A stretch of 64,000 nt of DNA from an uncultured Bacilli bacterium (GCA_944350315.1 CALVON010000001.1:10033-74032), one strand, 5' to 3'; positions 31,715 to 41,630 are shown, numbered from the stretch's first letter. Numbers and translations are program-made. Notes: generated by a model from the letters alone, not told the origin.

Positions 31715-32653
31715 ATGAAAAAAATATCAATAATTGTACCTTGCTATAACGAAGAACAAGCATTGCCATACTTTTATAAAGAAATAAATAATATATCAAA
31801 AGAAATAAAAAAAAATTTTGAATTTATTTTTATAAATGATGGTTCAAAAGACAAAACTATTGAAATTATTAAAAAATATTCGCAAAAAGATAAGCGCGTT
31901 AAATATATTAATTTTTCTAGAAATTTTGGTAAAGAAGCTGCTATGTATGCTGGACTAAAATTATCTACTGGTGATTATGTAGCTATTATGGATGCTGATT
32001 TACAAGATCCACCTTCTCTTCTACCTAGAATGCTAGAAATAATTGAAGATAAGAAAACAGACTATGATTGTGTTGGATTAAGACGCATTAGTAGAAAAGG
32101 CGAACCTCCCATCAGAAGTTTTTTTGCTAGAAGATTCTATAAACTAATTAATAAAATGTCCAAAATTGAAATGGTCGACGGTGCTAGAGATTACAGGCTT
32201 ATGACTAGACAAGTAGTTAACTCTATCTTAGAATTAAAAGAATATAATAGATACTCAAAAGGACTATTTCAATTTGTCGGATATAACACTAAATGGTTAG
32301 AATATGAAAACATCGAAAGAGTCGCTGGAGAAACCAAATGGTCGTTTTGGAAATTATTTCTATATGCCATTGAAGGAATAATAGCCTTTTCAACAGTTCC
32401 ACTAGCTATTGCCTCTATTACTGGATTTATATTTTGTTTAATATCATTTATTATGATTATTGTTATTATTATTAAAACACTAGTGTTTGGAGATCCTACA
32501 TCCGGATGGCCTAGTTTAGTATGCATAATATTTTTTGTAAGTGGTGTTCAACTATTCTCTCTAGGTATATTAGGACAATACTTATCAAAAACATATCTAG
32601 AAACTAAAAACAGACCAATATATATTATAAAGGAGACTAATATAAATGAATAA
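31715..32653 (+). CDS. GtrB/CsbB-like polyprenol-phosphate glycosyltransferase (GT2)
   Basis: SIIVPCYNEE, NDGSKDKT, MDADLQDPP and two C-terminal TMs. Confidence 0.85.
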   Translation: MKKISIIVPCYNEEQALPYFYKEINNISKEIKKNFEFIFINDGSKDKTIEIIKKYSQKDKRVKYINFSRNFGKEAAMYAGLKLSTGDYVAIMDADLQDPPSLLPRMLEIIEDKKTDYDCVGLRRISRKGEPPIRSFFARRFYKLINKMSKIEMVDGARDYRLMTRQVVNSILELKEYNRYSKGLFQFVGYNTKWLEYENIERVAGETKWSFWKLFLYAIEGIIAFSTVPLAIASITGFIFCLISFIMIIVIIIKTLVFGDPTSGWPSLVCIIFFVSGVQLFSLGILGQYLSKTYLETKNRPIYIIKETNINE

Positions 32654-33059
32654 TATATATATAAAAAATAAAGAAATAATTAATTACTTAATTTTTGGCA
32701 TTTTAACTACTGTTGTAAGCCTAGCAACTTACTATGCACTTGTTTTAACTATTTTAGATGCTAAAAATCCCATTGAACTACAAATTGCTAATGTTATATC
32801 ATGGATTACATGTGTTACATTTGCTTATATTACTAATAAATTATATGTTTTTGAAAAAACTAATAAACCACTTATTAAAGAAATGATTGAATTCTATACT
32901 TCCAGATTATTAGCTCTATTTATAGATATGACTATTATGTTTATTGGCGTAACTATACTAAATATAAATGATTCTATTATCAAATTATTAAATCAAATAA
33001 TTATAATTACAGTAAACTATATAATAAGTAAATTATTTATATTTAAAAAAGAAAAATAG
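32646..33059 (+). CDS. GtrA-family membrane protein (lipid-linked sugar translocation)
   Basis: 137 aa with 4 TMs. It overlaps the gtrB-like stop by 8 nt. Typical GtrA size and topology. Confidence 0.7.
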   Translation: MNNIYIKNKEIINYLIFGILTTVVSLATYYALVLTILDAKNPIELQIANVISWITCVTFAYITNKLYVFEKTNKPLIKEMIEFYTSRLLALFIDMTIMFIGVTILNINDSIIKLLNQIIIITVNYIISKLFIFKKEK

Positions 33060-33077
33060 CATACACATGCTATTTTT

Positions 33078-34733
33078 TTACTGTATACACATACTGTTAT
33101 CACTATTATATACCCCACCCAATAAATTTATATAATCTTGTATTTTTAACTCTGAAACTTTTATATAATTCTTATTTGTATAATACCAATTAAAATCATT
33201 AGTATTACTCATATATATTGGTTCATATATAACATTATTTACATTATATAGTTCATAAGGAATTCTAATAACTGCATAATAATTAATATAATTATAAACA
33301 CTACCATCTATCTTATTATAAGTATTACCTGTATTATAATCTCTAGAATATATTCTCACTGTATTATCATTAATACCATATAAATTTCTATATTTATTAT
33401 ATAACGATAACTCTAGTGATAAATCATCCTTACTTATTTGATTTGATACTATTATTTCAAACCCATTATCAGAAGTTCTAGCCGAACCATTATGATGATT
33501 ACTATATACAACCCTACTAACTGCTCCATAATATCCAATGGCTAAAGCTCTTCTATCTAATTGATCTAAACTACCACTACCAAGCATTTCGCCATAAGAA
33601 TCATCATTTCTTATCATATAAACTCTATATCCCATAGATTCATAACGACACTTTTCATATTTAGAAATCTTTAAATTTAAATCTTTCTCAAGCATTATTC
33701 CATTAGAAGCCCCAATATCACTACCACCATGTCCAGGATCAATTACTATATCATATTTATATTCAAAATTTTCTATCTTAATACTTACCATATCATCTTC
33801 ATAAAGAACGCTAACTAATTTATTTCCTACACGAGATCTAACTATCTTAGAAAGTACATTCATTTTATTTAATAATCTCTCTTCTGTATCTCCTACAATA
33901 TATAAATCATAAACACCATTACTAATAGTAGTTAAATCCATATTTCCACTATAATAATTATCTTTTATACTAATCATATTATAAATATATTCTAAAGAAT
34001 TATCTCTATTTTTTAATTTAATTTTAAATGTATTCTTCCCATTCCTGAAATATCCCTCATAATAAATACCATTAGCGTTAAATTTATTTACAGTTATTGT
34101 ATTACTATATTTTGATACATCAATTTTTCCAAGATATAAACTACCTGTAGAACTCTTCTCTAAACTAATATTAGGCTTAACAACATTTACTATTCTTGTC
34201 GCTTCCCCAACATTTCCACTACTATCACTAACTGAATATTTTACCGTATATTTTCCCTCTTTAGAAACATCTACATTATTAGTAATCTTAACTTTACTAA
34301 ATAAATCGTCATCATAATTATCAGTTACTGTATACCCATATTCATAATAACTACCGTTAAGTAAGATACTAATTTTTTCTCCTTCATTTAATTCAATTTT
34401 AGGAGCACTCATATCAATAATCTTTACAATTCGATATATATATTCCGTCATACCATCAATCTCTACCGTATATTTAACTTTATATTCTCCTAATTTAGTC
34501 GTATCAACCTTACTACTATCAATATCAACCATATCACTAATATCACGATTTTTATACATTACCTTAATACCATATTCTTCATAATCAGTATTAACGTCAT
34601 GATACATTACACTTGGACCAATTAAATCAAATTTTAGGCCTTCACTATTATCATATTCATATGAGTAAGTAATACCAACAAAACTTACTATTAACATAAT
34701 AATAAAAGTTGTTACATAATAATACTTTCTCAT
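33078..34733 (-). CDS. N-acetylmuramoyl-L-alanine amidase (Amidase_3) with N-terminal Ig-like (DUF5011-type) repeats
   Basis: Two repeats of the type (E)GKYTVKYSVSDSSGN / GEYKVKYTVE, and an Amidase_3 start at IVIDPGHGGSDIGA. Confidence 0.75.
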   Translation of the reverse strand: MRKYYYVTTFIIMLIVSFVGITYSYEYDNSEGLKFDLIGPSVMYHDVNTDYEEYGIKVMYKNRDISDMVDIDSSKVDTTKLGEYKVKYTVEIDGMTEYIYRIVKIIDMSAPKIELNEGEKISILLNGSYYEYGYTVTDNYDDDLFSKVKITNNVDVSKEGKYTVKYSVSDSSGNVGEATRIVNVVKPNISLEKSSTGSLYLGKIDVSKYSNTITVNKFNANGIYYEGYFRNGKNTFKIKLKNRDNSLEYIYNMISIKDNYYSGNMDLTTISNGVYDLYIVGDTEERLLNKMNVLSKIVRSRVGNKLVSVLYEDDMVSIKIENFEYKYDIVIDPGHGGSDIGASNGIMLEKDLNLKISKYEKCRYESMGYRVYMIRNDDSYGEMLGSGSLDQLDRRALAIGYYGAVSRVVYSNHHNGSARTSDNGFEIIVSNQISKDDLSLELSLYNKYRNLYGINDNTVRIYSRDYNTGNTYNKIDGSVYNYINYYAVIRIPYELYNVNNVIYEPIYMSNTNDFNWYYTNKNYIKVSELKIQDYINLLGGVYNSDNSMCIQ

Positions 34734-34797
34734 ATTATCAACACCTATCTATAATACTACTAATATTTTATCACAACTTATTCTTTTAGTAAACTAC

Positions 34798-35766
34798 TTA
34801 CTCATCATCATCACATACTCCAATTAAATCCTTGTAAACTGTATTAACACACTTCTTTTTTTGATTTAATTGAGAATGGACATAAATATTTAACGTTATA
34901 TTAACGGAAGCATGACCTAGTAATTCACTAACAGTCTTATAATCACACCCTAACCGAATACAATTAGAAGCAAAAGTATGCCTTAATGTATGAAAACTAA
35001 CTCTATTTATTCCTGCTTTTCTTAATACTCGATAATAATATTTTCTCAAACTAACCGGTTCTAATGGACTATTTGTACTCGTTAAAACATAATATCCATC
35101 ATTTTTTTTAAATTCTTTTAATTTTTCTATAAATTCAGGATTAACAGGAACAATTCTCATGGAATTTTTAGTTTTTGGTGGTGTAAGAATTAATTTAGAA
35201 ACTTTTTTATTTTTAATATAAATTCTTTGAATAGTTTTATTAATTACTATATAATTTTTATTAAAATTAATATCTCCCCATTTTAAAGCACATAATTCAC
35301 CTATTCTAATCCCCGTATATAAAGAAAGTAAAATCCCCATATCCTTTTCATAGTTTTTTTGCAATAAATAACTTATTAATTTTCTTTGTTCCCCTTTACT
35401 TAAAACCTTTAATTTATTTTTCAAGCAATCATTTGGATAATAAAAGTCTAAATCAATCATTTCCATCATCTTATTTTTAATTGCATATTTTATTGATAAC
35501 TTTAAGATAGAAATAATATCTCTAATTGTTTTACAAGATAACCCTCCTTGTCCATCTACTCTTCCATTTTGATACTTCTTATTAATGAATTCTTGTAATA
35601 ACCTATTGCTAATTTCACTTAAATAATAATCCCCTATATCTGGTATTATATGATTATAAACAATTCCACAATAGTTAGCATATGTTGACTCCTTCAAAAA
35701 ACTCCTTCTTATTTTCAACCATTCCCACACCAAATCCCTATATAAAATTTTTTTTCTTTTAAACAT
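34798..35766 (-). CDS. Tyrosine site-specific recombinase (phage-integrase family)
   Basis: TGIRIGEL (Arg I), HTLRHTFAS (HxxR) and LGHASVNITLNIYVH (catalytic Tyr region). Confidence 0.85.
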   Translation of the reverse strand: MFKRKKILYRDLVWEWLKIRRSFLKESTYANYCGIVYNHIIPDIGDYYLSEISNRLLQEFINKKYQNGRVDGQGGLSCKTIRDIISILKLSIKYAIKNKMMEMIDLDFYYPNDCLKNKLKVLSKGEQRKLISYLLQKNYEKDMGILLSLYTGIRIGELCALKWGDINFNKNYIVINKTIQRIYIKNKKVSKLILTPPKTKNSMRIVPVNPEFIEKLKEFKKNDGYYVLTSTNSPLEPVSLRKYYYRVLRKAGINRVSFHTLRHTFASNCIRLGCDYKTVSELLGHASVNITLNIYVHSQLNQKKKCVNTVYKDLIGVCDDDE

Positions 35767-35801
35767 CTTCTTACTCCTTCTGATACCCTAGTATCAAAAA
35801 A

Positions 35802-35857
35802 AGTATAATTACTTTTTGGTAATTTAGCAACCTGTTTTGGTAATAATATTACCAAAA
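35802..35857 (-). promoter_or_regulatory. Integrase promoter (TTGCTA-17-TATACT) embedded in ATTACCAAAA repeats and a 23-bp palindrome
   Basis: The minus strand reads TATACT at 35807..35802 and TTGCTA at 35830..35825. Palindrome TTTTGGTAATAATATTACCAAAA spans 35835-35857, with a third GGTAAT copy at 35818-35823. Confidence 0.4.
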
Positions 35858-35894
35858 AAAGGAACTTTAAAAGTCCCTTTTATTAATCACATAA

Positions 35895-36488
35895 CTATTT
35901 TTCAAATATATATTCTTTTGCCATAACATAATACTTTGCTGCCGATACTATTGATAAAACAGCAGCTAAAATTAATAAAAAGTCAGATACTCTAATAGGT
36001 ATTAATGAAAATGGTAAATCATAAAATAATTTAAGTGTTAAACCTATCATTAAACTAGCTGTTTTATATTTTGCCACTTTAATAGCAGCAACCGCTTTTC
36101 CCTTATTTCCAATTAACATCTTAATTGAATCAACAATTATATCTCTTGCAATAATAATAACAGCAATCACTGGATGAACTAAATTATCACAAGCAAGAAC
36201 AACTATTAAAGTATTTGTCAATATTTTATCACTTATAGCATCTATCATTTTTCCAAAATCAGTTACCATATTATATTTTCTAGCCACTTTTCCATCAATA
36301 AAATCCGTCAAAGAAGCAACAACAAAAATAACTCCCGCAATAATATATTTTAATTCTACCGTAATATTTCCATTAACTACATAAATAGGTAATTCAACAC
36401 CTACTTGATGCCATGGAAATAAAAGAATAATCAGCATAACTAATGATAAAAAAATTCTTGACATTGTAATTTTATTAGCAGTATTCAC
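35895..36488 (-). CDS. pgsA: CDP-diacylglycerol--glycerol-3-phosphate 3-phosphatidyltransferase
   Basis: CDP-alcohol phosphatidyltransferase motif DFIDGKVARKYNMVTDFGKMIDAISDK. Follows rodZ, as in Bacillus. Confidence 0.9.
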   Translation of the reverse strand: MNTANKITMSRIFLSLVMLIILLFPWHQVGVELPIYVVNGNITVELKYIIAGVIFVVASLTDFIDGKVARKYNMVTDFGKMIDAISDKILTNTLIVVLACDNLVHPVIAVIIIARDIIVDSIKMLIGNKGKAVAAIKVAKYKTASLMIGLTLKLFYDLPFSLIPIRVSDFLLILAAVLSIVSAAKYYVMAKEYIFEK

Positions 36489-36490
36489 TT

Positions 36491-36958
36491 CTACCTCCTT
36501 ATTTTATAGGTGATGTTTGTATCTTGAAAATCATTTCCAGATACTTCACTAGCTAAAAAATATCCTAAAATAGCTAAAATAACTACTACTATAACTGAAA
36601 TTATAATTATTTTAAATGGCCTATTCTTATTTTTAATGCTAGTATAAGGAGAAACAACTTCTTTTTTTTGTGTATTATTAGCTTTTGCCTTTTCTATCTC
36701 ATCTACTGGTATCTTTGAAGTAAAATCAAATAAAAATTCATTGAACTCATCGACCATTTTTTCACCATCTAGTCCCAAATATTTTGCATAATCTCTAATA
36801 AAGTATTTTAAAAATACAACATCTTTAAAATCTTCTTTTTTTCCTTCTTCTAAACTTATTATTTGACTAGGTCTTAATTTTAAATCTTCAGCCGCCTCTT
36901 CAACCGAGACACCATTTTCTTCCCTTTTTTCTTTTAATTTTAAACCAATATCTTTCAT
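36491..36958 (-). CDS. rodZ: RodZ/YmfM-like HTH (XRE) membrane protein
   Basis: N-terminal HTH (LKEKREENGVSVEEAAEDLKLRPSQIISLEEG) and a single TM near the C-terminus. Sits immediately upstream of pgsA. Confidence 0.6.
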   Translation of the reverse strand: MKDIGLKLKEKREENGVSVEEAAEDLKLRPSQIISLEEGKKEDFKDVVFLKYFIRDYAKYLGLDGEKMVDEFNEFLFDFTSKIPVDEIEKAKANNTQKKEVVSPYTSIKNKNRPFKIIIISVIVVVILAILGYFLASEVSGNDFQDTNITYKIRR

Positions 36959-36982
36959 ATTCCTCTTCCTTAAATAAAATAA

Positions 36983-37326
36983 ATTATCTTATAAGCCACA
37001 TTCTGTACCGTAATTGGTGACAAACATTTATCTATGAGTTTCCTCATCCATCTTTTAGATTCTTCTTCTCCAAAGATAGTTCCCCTACCATAATTTGGGT
37101 TTCTCGCTTGTGGGGTTTACCTCGTTTCACCCTAATTATTTCTAATTAGATCGTCTCTGTGGCACTTTATATTCATTTAATCATAGTCTCCCGTAGATTA
37201 AACAAATGCCGTCAGTAAAACTGCCTTAGATTATTTTTTCTCTAAGCACAAACACTACTACCATCACAGATAGTGCGAGTGTGGACTTTCCTCTAAATAA
37301 CAATATCCAGCGTTTGTCCAGATAAC
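36983..37326 (-). ncRNA. rnpB: RNase P RNA (type B, Firmicutes-like)
   Basis: The minus strand contains GAGGAAAGTCCAC (CR-I), AGTGCCACAGAGACG, GGTAAACCCCACAAGCGAGAAACCCAAATTATGGTAGGGGAAC and ACAGAATGTGGCTTAT (CR-V). The P1 ends GTTATCT/AGATAA pair. It is a GC-rich, ORF-free gap next to gpsB, as in B. subtilis. End coordinates are approximate (plus or minus 5 nt). Confidence 0.9.
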
Positions 37327-37650
37327 CTATTCCTCTTTTCCAAGTATAATTTTTTCTAAATTACTTATTCTTCTTAATAAATCAACATTAGTTATCTCTT
37401 TTTCTCCACCTTTAACAGTCTCAATACTAGATCTTAAACCACGTACTTCTCTCTTTAAAGATGAATTTTCTTCTTCAAGGGATTCAATCTTATCTTTTAA
37501 GTCTCTTATTATATTATTATATTCATTATAATCTCTTATAATAACATCTAAGAACTTATCTACTTCTTGCATTCTATAACCTCTAGTATCTACTTTAAAC
37601 TCCTTTTCAAGAATATCCTGCATTGTAAGTGCAATCTTATCCTGGTGCAT
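37327..37650 (-). CDS. gpsB: Cell-cycle protein GpsB (DivIVA-domain)
   Basis: ILEKEFKVDTRGYRMQEVDKFLDVIIRDY, plus C-terminal NVDLLRRISNLEK. Close to B. subtilis GpsB. Confidence 0.9.
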   Translation of the reverse strand: MHQDKIALTMQDILEKEFKVDTRGYRMQEVDKFLDVIIRDYNEYNNIIRDLKDKIESLEEENSSLKREVRGLRSSIETVKGGEKEITNVDLLRRISNLEKIILGKEE

Positions 37651-37780
37651 ACATCATCACCTCTATTTTAATTATAAAGTATCTCACTAATTTTGTCAAT
37701 TTTTAAATAAGAACAAATTAACCTCTTTCAAAAAGGCAAGTTCTATTCTAGCATAAAATACCATTTAAGTCAAATTAACA

Positions 37781-37808
37781 AAAAATTATACCAAACGAGG
37801 TATAATTT
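37781..37808 (-). terminator. Rho-independent terminator after the Sel1-repeat gene
   Basis: ATTATACC-loop-GGTATAAT followed by a T-run on the minus strand. Confidence 0.55.
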
Positions 37809-38273
37809 TTATTCATGATTTTCCTGATTTTTCTGATTTTCCTTTTTTAACTGTCTTTTCTTTCTTCTTTCTGCTTTCATCTCACATATTTGTTGATCAA
37901 TTACCTTGTATCCTTGAATATCATTATTAGCAAGACATTCTGTTCCCTTTATTAATAAATATACTTCGCTAAGAGTTTCATCCTGACCAGGTGTTAATTT
38001 CTCTAATAATTCTTGAGCTTTATTATAATCTTTATTTCCTCCTAATCCTAGTGCACACATCTTTGCTAAATAAGACATCGCCTTTTTATTACCTAAAGAA
38101 GCTGCCTTATCAAACAATTCTCTTGCTCTAACAAGATCTTTACTCGCTCCACCAATACCAGAAAAATATTTTTCACCCATAAGAAGATATCTAACTGCAT
38201 CGATTGTACTTTTTCTATCCACTAATAAATTTGTTTCCTCTATCATTATTAATTCCCCTTTCAAAAAATACAT
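37809..38273 (-). CDS. Sel1-like repeat (SLR/TPR) protein
   Basis: Repeats of the type A.ELF.KAA.LGN..AM..LA.M...G.GG..DY.KA. Confidence 0.6.
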   Translation of the reverse strand: MYFLKGELIMIEETNLLVDRKSTIDAVRYLLMGEKYFSGIGGASKDLVRARELFDKAASLGNKKAMSYLAKMCALGLGGNKDYNKAQELLEKLTPGQDETLSEVYLLIKGTECLANNDIQGYKVIDQQICEMKAERRKKRQLKKENQKNQENHE

Positions 38274-38336
38274 CCATGTATACTAACACAATTTTACACA
38301 CTTGTCAAATAAATAAGATTTACACATATGTAAATC

Positions 38337-38927
38337 CTATTGTTCCTCATCCTTATTTTGCTTTCTTTTTTTTAGATAACTTAATAATCTCTTTCGTCCA
38401 TTTTTTATATTTGTTGAAACATGACCAATTTTCGCACAATTTAAAAACTTGCGAGCATCAAGATTTCCACTTTTTGCAGCTTCATCAAAAAGTTTTAAAG
38501 ATTCATCATAATTCTGAGGTACTCCATAGCCAAAATAATACATTTTTCCTAAGTTACACATTGCTTCTGTACTACCCAATTTTATAGCTTCTTCGAAACA
38601 TTCCTTGGCTTTCGTTAAATCACATTCTACACCTTCGCCAAAATAATAAGTAGCACCTAAAAAGCAGACAGCTTCACCATTTCCCAGTTTACTAGCCTCT
38701 AATGCCCATTTCCTTGCCTCTATGTAATTACCTTCTTCTTCATAAATTCGAGCTAACATATACATCGCCATATCATTACCAAACGTAGCGGACTCTATAA
38801 AAAATTTTTTAGCAATTTGTCTATTACAAGGAACACCCTTTCCCATATAATAATCTTTTGCCAAAAGCAACAAAGTTTTTCCCTTAACTTCATTATCCAA
38901 AATAATCTCTGTTTTATCAGTATCCAT
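38337..38927 (-). CDS. Sel1-like repeat protein
   Basis: Four or five SLR units (GN.EA...LG..YYFG.GV..D..KA...FEEA). Confidence 0.7.
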   Translation of the reverse strand: MDTDKTEIILDNEVKGKTLLLLAKDYYMGKGVPCNRQIAKKFFIESATFGNDMAMYMLARIYEEEGNYIEARKWALEASKLGNGEAVCFLGATYYFGEGVECDLTKAKECFEEAIKLGSTEAMCNLGKMYYFGYGVPQNYDESLKLFDEAAKSGNLDARKFLNCAKIGHVSTNIKNGRKRLLSYLKKRKQNKDEEQ

Positions 38928-39013
38928 AAATAATCCCCTTTCAAAAGATTTTAGAACTATACTATCACATTTTCCCTAACCTGTCAAATACCCTTATATA
39001 ACAACTATATTCA

Positions 39014-40243
39014 TCAAAAATTAAACATTAACCATTCTGGCCTAAAAATTAGTAGTATACCTATCATCAATAATATAATTCCTTCAACTAATTTAGCAAT
39101 TTTTCCATATTTTGTTGAAAATTCTGCCACTTCCATTGTTTTAAATGCTATAAAAAACACAACTATATCATCCAATAAAAAGAACAACATATATAAAGCA
39201 ATATATAATACCTCTTCAATAAAAGTTAAATTATTCATTGACAATATTTGAACAAACATAACTGGAAGCCCTGCCGAACAAGCCAACTCGACGATATTTA
39301 CTGATATTGCCAAAGCTATAACTCCTGATATTGCCAAAAGCAAATTTTTCTCATGAACAAATTTTCTAATTTTTGAAAATACCTTATTCTTTTTTTTGTA
39401 TGAAACTATACTACAACCATTATTAGACTTATGCCTAATATAACCAAATATATTTATAAAAGCCCCTAACAAGGCCACTATTCCAATAATTACTCTAATA
39501 TAATTAATAGAAAGAAGTAAAGATGCCACATTCAACCATGCCAACATAAGCAATAAGTATATTAATGCCGAAGAAATTAAAAAAGACAATCCTAAAATAA
39601 ACATCTTCTTTCGATCTTTTATCCCAATTAGCATACTAATTAAAAATAATAATACCCACATAGCACAAGGATTAAAACCATCTACTAACCCAATTAAAAC
39701 AGATACAATCGGTAATGTTAAATTTTTTGTATTAACTGTCCCTAAAATGGGAATATTTATTTTATAATTCATATAGTCATCAATATAATTTTCTATATCA
39801 GGTCTATCATCAGAAATTAAATAACTAGGAAGTTCTATTCCCCCTATATATTCTCCTACAATATCCGTATACCCGTACTCTGAATAATATTCAATTACTG
39901 CCATAAATCTAGCCTTAGACTCTTCATAACTAAAGCCTTTATATAATTTCTCTCCAATAATTGTCACAGGGACCCTAGTAACACTCGTATCAAATAATTC
40001 TGATACCTCATCTAGTAATTTAATATTCTCATCATTACTTACTTCATATTTATATACTCTAATATTATCATATTTCTTAACTAAATCATCCCACAAATCT
40101 CTTTCCAAAGAACAATAATAACAAGTATCTGAATAAAATAAATACACATTTACCAAATTTTTATTTTCTTTAGCAATAACACGTGACATCATACTAATAA
40201 AAATAATAACTAGAAATATTAACTTATTTAATCTCTTTTGCAT
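39014..40243 (-). CDS. Thioredoxin/glutaredoxin-like exported domain (CYYC) fused to a CcdA/DsbD-type thiol-disulfide transporter membrane domain
   Basis: Signal/TM, then YSDTCYYCSLE, then a polytopic part containing GFNPCAMWVL. Confidence 0.55.
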   Translation of the reverse strand: MQKRLNKLIFLVIIFISMMSRVIAKENKNLVNVYLFYSDTCYYCSLERDLWDDLVKKYDNIRVYKYEVSNDENIKLLDEVSELFDTSVTRVPVTIIGEKLYKGFSYEESKARFMAVIEYYSEYGYTDIVGEYIGGIELPSYLISDDRPDIENYIDDYMNYKINIPILGTVNTKNLTLPIVSVLIGLVDGFNPCAMWVLLFLISMLIGIKDRKKMFILGLSFLISSALIYLLLMLAWLNVASLLLSINYIRVIIGIVALLGAFINIFGYIRHKSNNGCSIVSYKKKNKVFSKIRKFVHEKNLLLAISGVIALAISVNIVELACSAGLPVMFVQILSMNNLTFIEEVLYIALYMLFFLLDDIVVFFIAFKTMEVAEFSTKYGKIAKLVEGIILLMIGILLIFRPEWLMFNF

Positions 40244-40505
40244 AAAAACCTATCTTCTCTCCAAGCATCTTTTCACTTTGCTCACCAACTAATCTTTCCA
40301 ATTCAATACCATTATCATCTATAAAAATAACTACTGGTAATATTTTTCCTATCTTATACTTTTCTACTAATAAATAATCTATATCATAATCTAAATAAAT
40401 AATTTCTAAATTTTGATAATCATTCATAATATTCTTAAATCTTTTCTTCATTAATAAACAACTAGGACACCACATAGCACTAATATTAATAATTTTCATA
40501 AACAC
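40224..40505 (-). CDS. Thioredoxin-family protein
   Basis: WCPSC active site in a 93-aa protein. Confidence 0.7.
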   Translation of the reverse strand: MFMKIINISAMWCPSCLLMKKRFKNIMNDYQNLEIIYLDYDIDYLLVEKYKIGKILPVVIFIDDNGIELERLVGEQSEKMLGEKIGFYAKEIK

Positions 40506-40508
40506 CCA

Positions 40509-41630
40509 CTATAAATCTAGTTTTTTATAACATTCATCAAATATAGATAAAAATTTATTAATTTCTTCTTCTGTTGTTAAATATGACAAACTAATTCTTA
40601 AACTATGACTAGATAATTCTTTATCTTTAGTTAATGCAAAAACTGAATTAGACATACTATCTGCTGAAGAACAAGCACTTTTAGTAGATATATATACTTC
40701 TCTTTCATCTAATGCATGAATAAATGTTTCTGGCTTTATCTTTCTCAAACTAAAATTAATCGTATGAACGATACTATTTTCATTACTATTTATATGTACT
40801 AGAGGATAAGTCTTTAATTTATCTACAACTATTTTATTTAATTTAGCTATATAATCATAATTTTTTTTAACACTTGGAATTATTAACTCCATTGCCTTCA
40901 TCATAGAAACTATCAAAGGTAAAGGTGGAGTTCCACTACGATATATAGTAGTACTCTTACCACCATGAATTAAAGGCTCAATCACAATATTTTCTCTTTT
41001 GTAAAGTAATCCTATTCCTTTAAGCCCATATATTTTATGAGCAGAAAAACTAGCAAAGTCCACCACAGATAAATCAATATCTATCTTTCCTAATGCCTGT
41101 GTACAATCAACATGAAAATAACATTTAGGATAATTTTTTAAAATTTTACCAATCTCTTCTATTGGTTGCCTAAGACCAATTTCACTATCTGCCATACATA
41201 TACTTACAAGTATTGTATCATCTCTAATTAATTTCTTCAAATCAGCAAGATCAACAATTCCTTGATCATTTATTTTAACAAAATCAACTTCAAACCCTTT
41301 GCTAGTCAAATAATTACAAGGAGCGATAATCGAAGAATGTTCTAAAAAAGTTGTAATAATATGTTTTCCCCTATTTTGATATTTTTCACAAACTCCTTTA
41401 ATAACCATATTATTTGACTCACTAGCTCCTGAAGTATAAATTATCTCACTTTTTTTAACTTTAAGCATCCTAGCAATCTCAGTAGTAGCATAATCTTCAA
41501 GTTCTTTAGATTTAATCCCTAAACTATGTAAAGAATTACTATTTCCAGGATATTCCATACATACTTTATTATAAGTATCTAATACTCTTCTATCAACTGG
41601 AGTAGTAGCCGAATAATCTAAATATACCAT
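40509..41630 (-). CDS. Cysteine desulfurase (NifS/IscS-like, class V aminotransferase)
   Basis: VYLDYSATTP, PLP-lysine region SFSAHKIYGLKG, and a C-terminal SACSS loop. The ATG at 41630 has a GGTGAT RBS. The ORF-track extension is unsupported. Confidence 0.85.
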   Translation of the reverse strand: MVYLDYSATTPVDRRVLDTYNKVCMEYPGNSNSLHSLGIKSKELEDYATTEIARMLKVKKSEIIYTSGASESNNMVIKGVCEKYQNRGKHIITTFLEHSSIIAPCNYLTSKGFEVDFVKINDQGIVDLADLKKLIRDDTILVSICMADSEIGLRQPIEEIGKILKNYPKCYFHVDCTQALGKIDIDLSVVDFASFSAHKIYGLKGIGLLYKRENIVIEPLIHGGKSTTIYRSGTPPLPLIVSMMKAMELIIPSVKKNYDYIAKLNKIVVDKLKTYPLVHINSNENSIVHTINFSLRKIKPETFIHALDEREVYISTKSACSSADSMSNSVFALTKDKELSSHSLRISLSYLTTEEEINKFLSIFDECYKKLDL

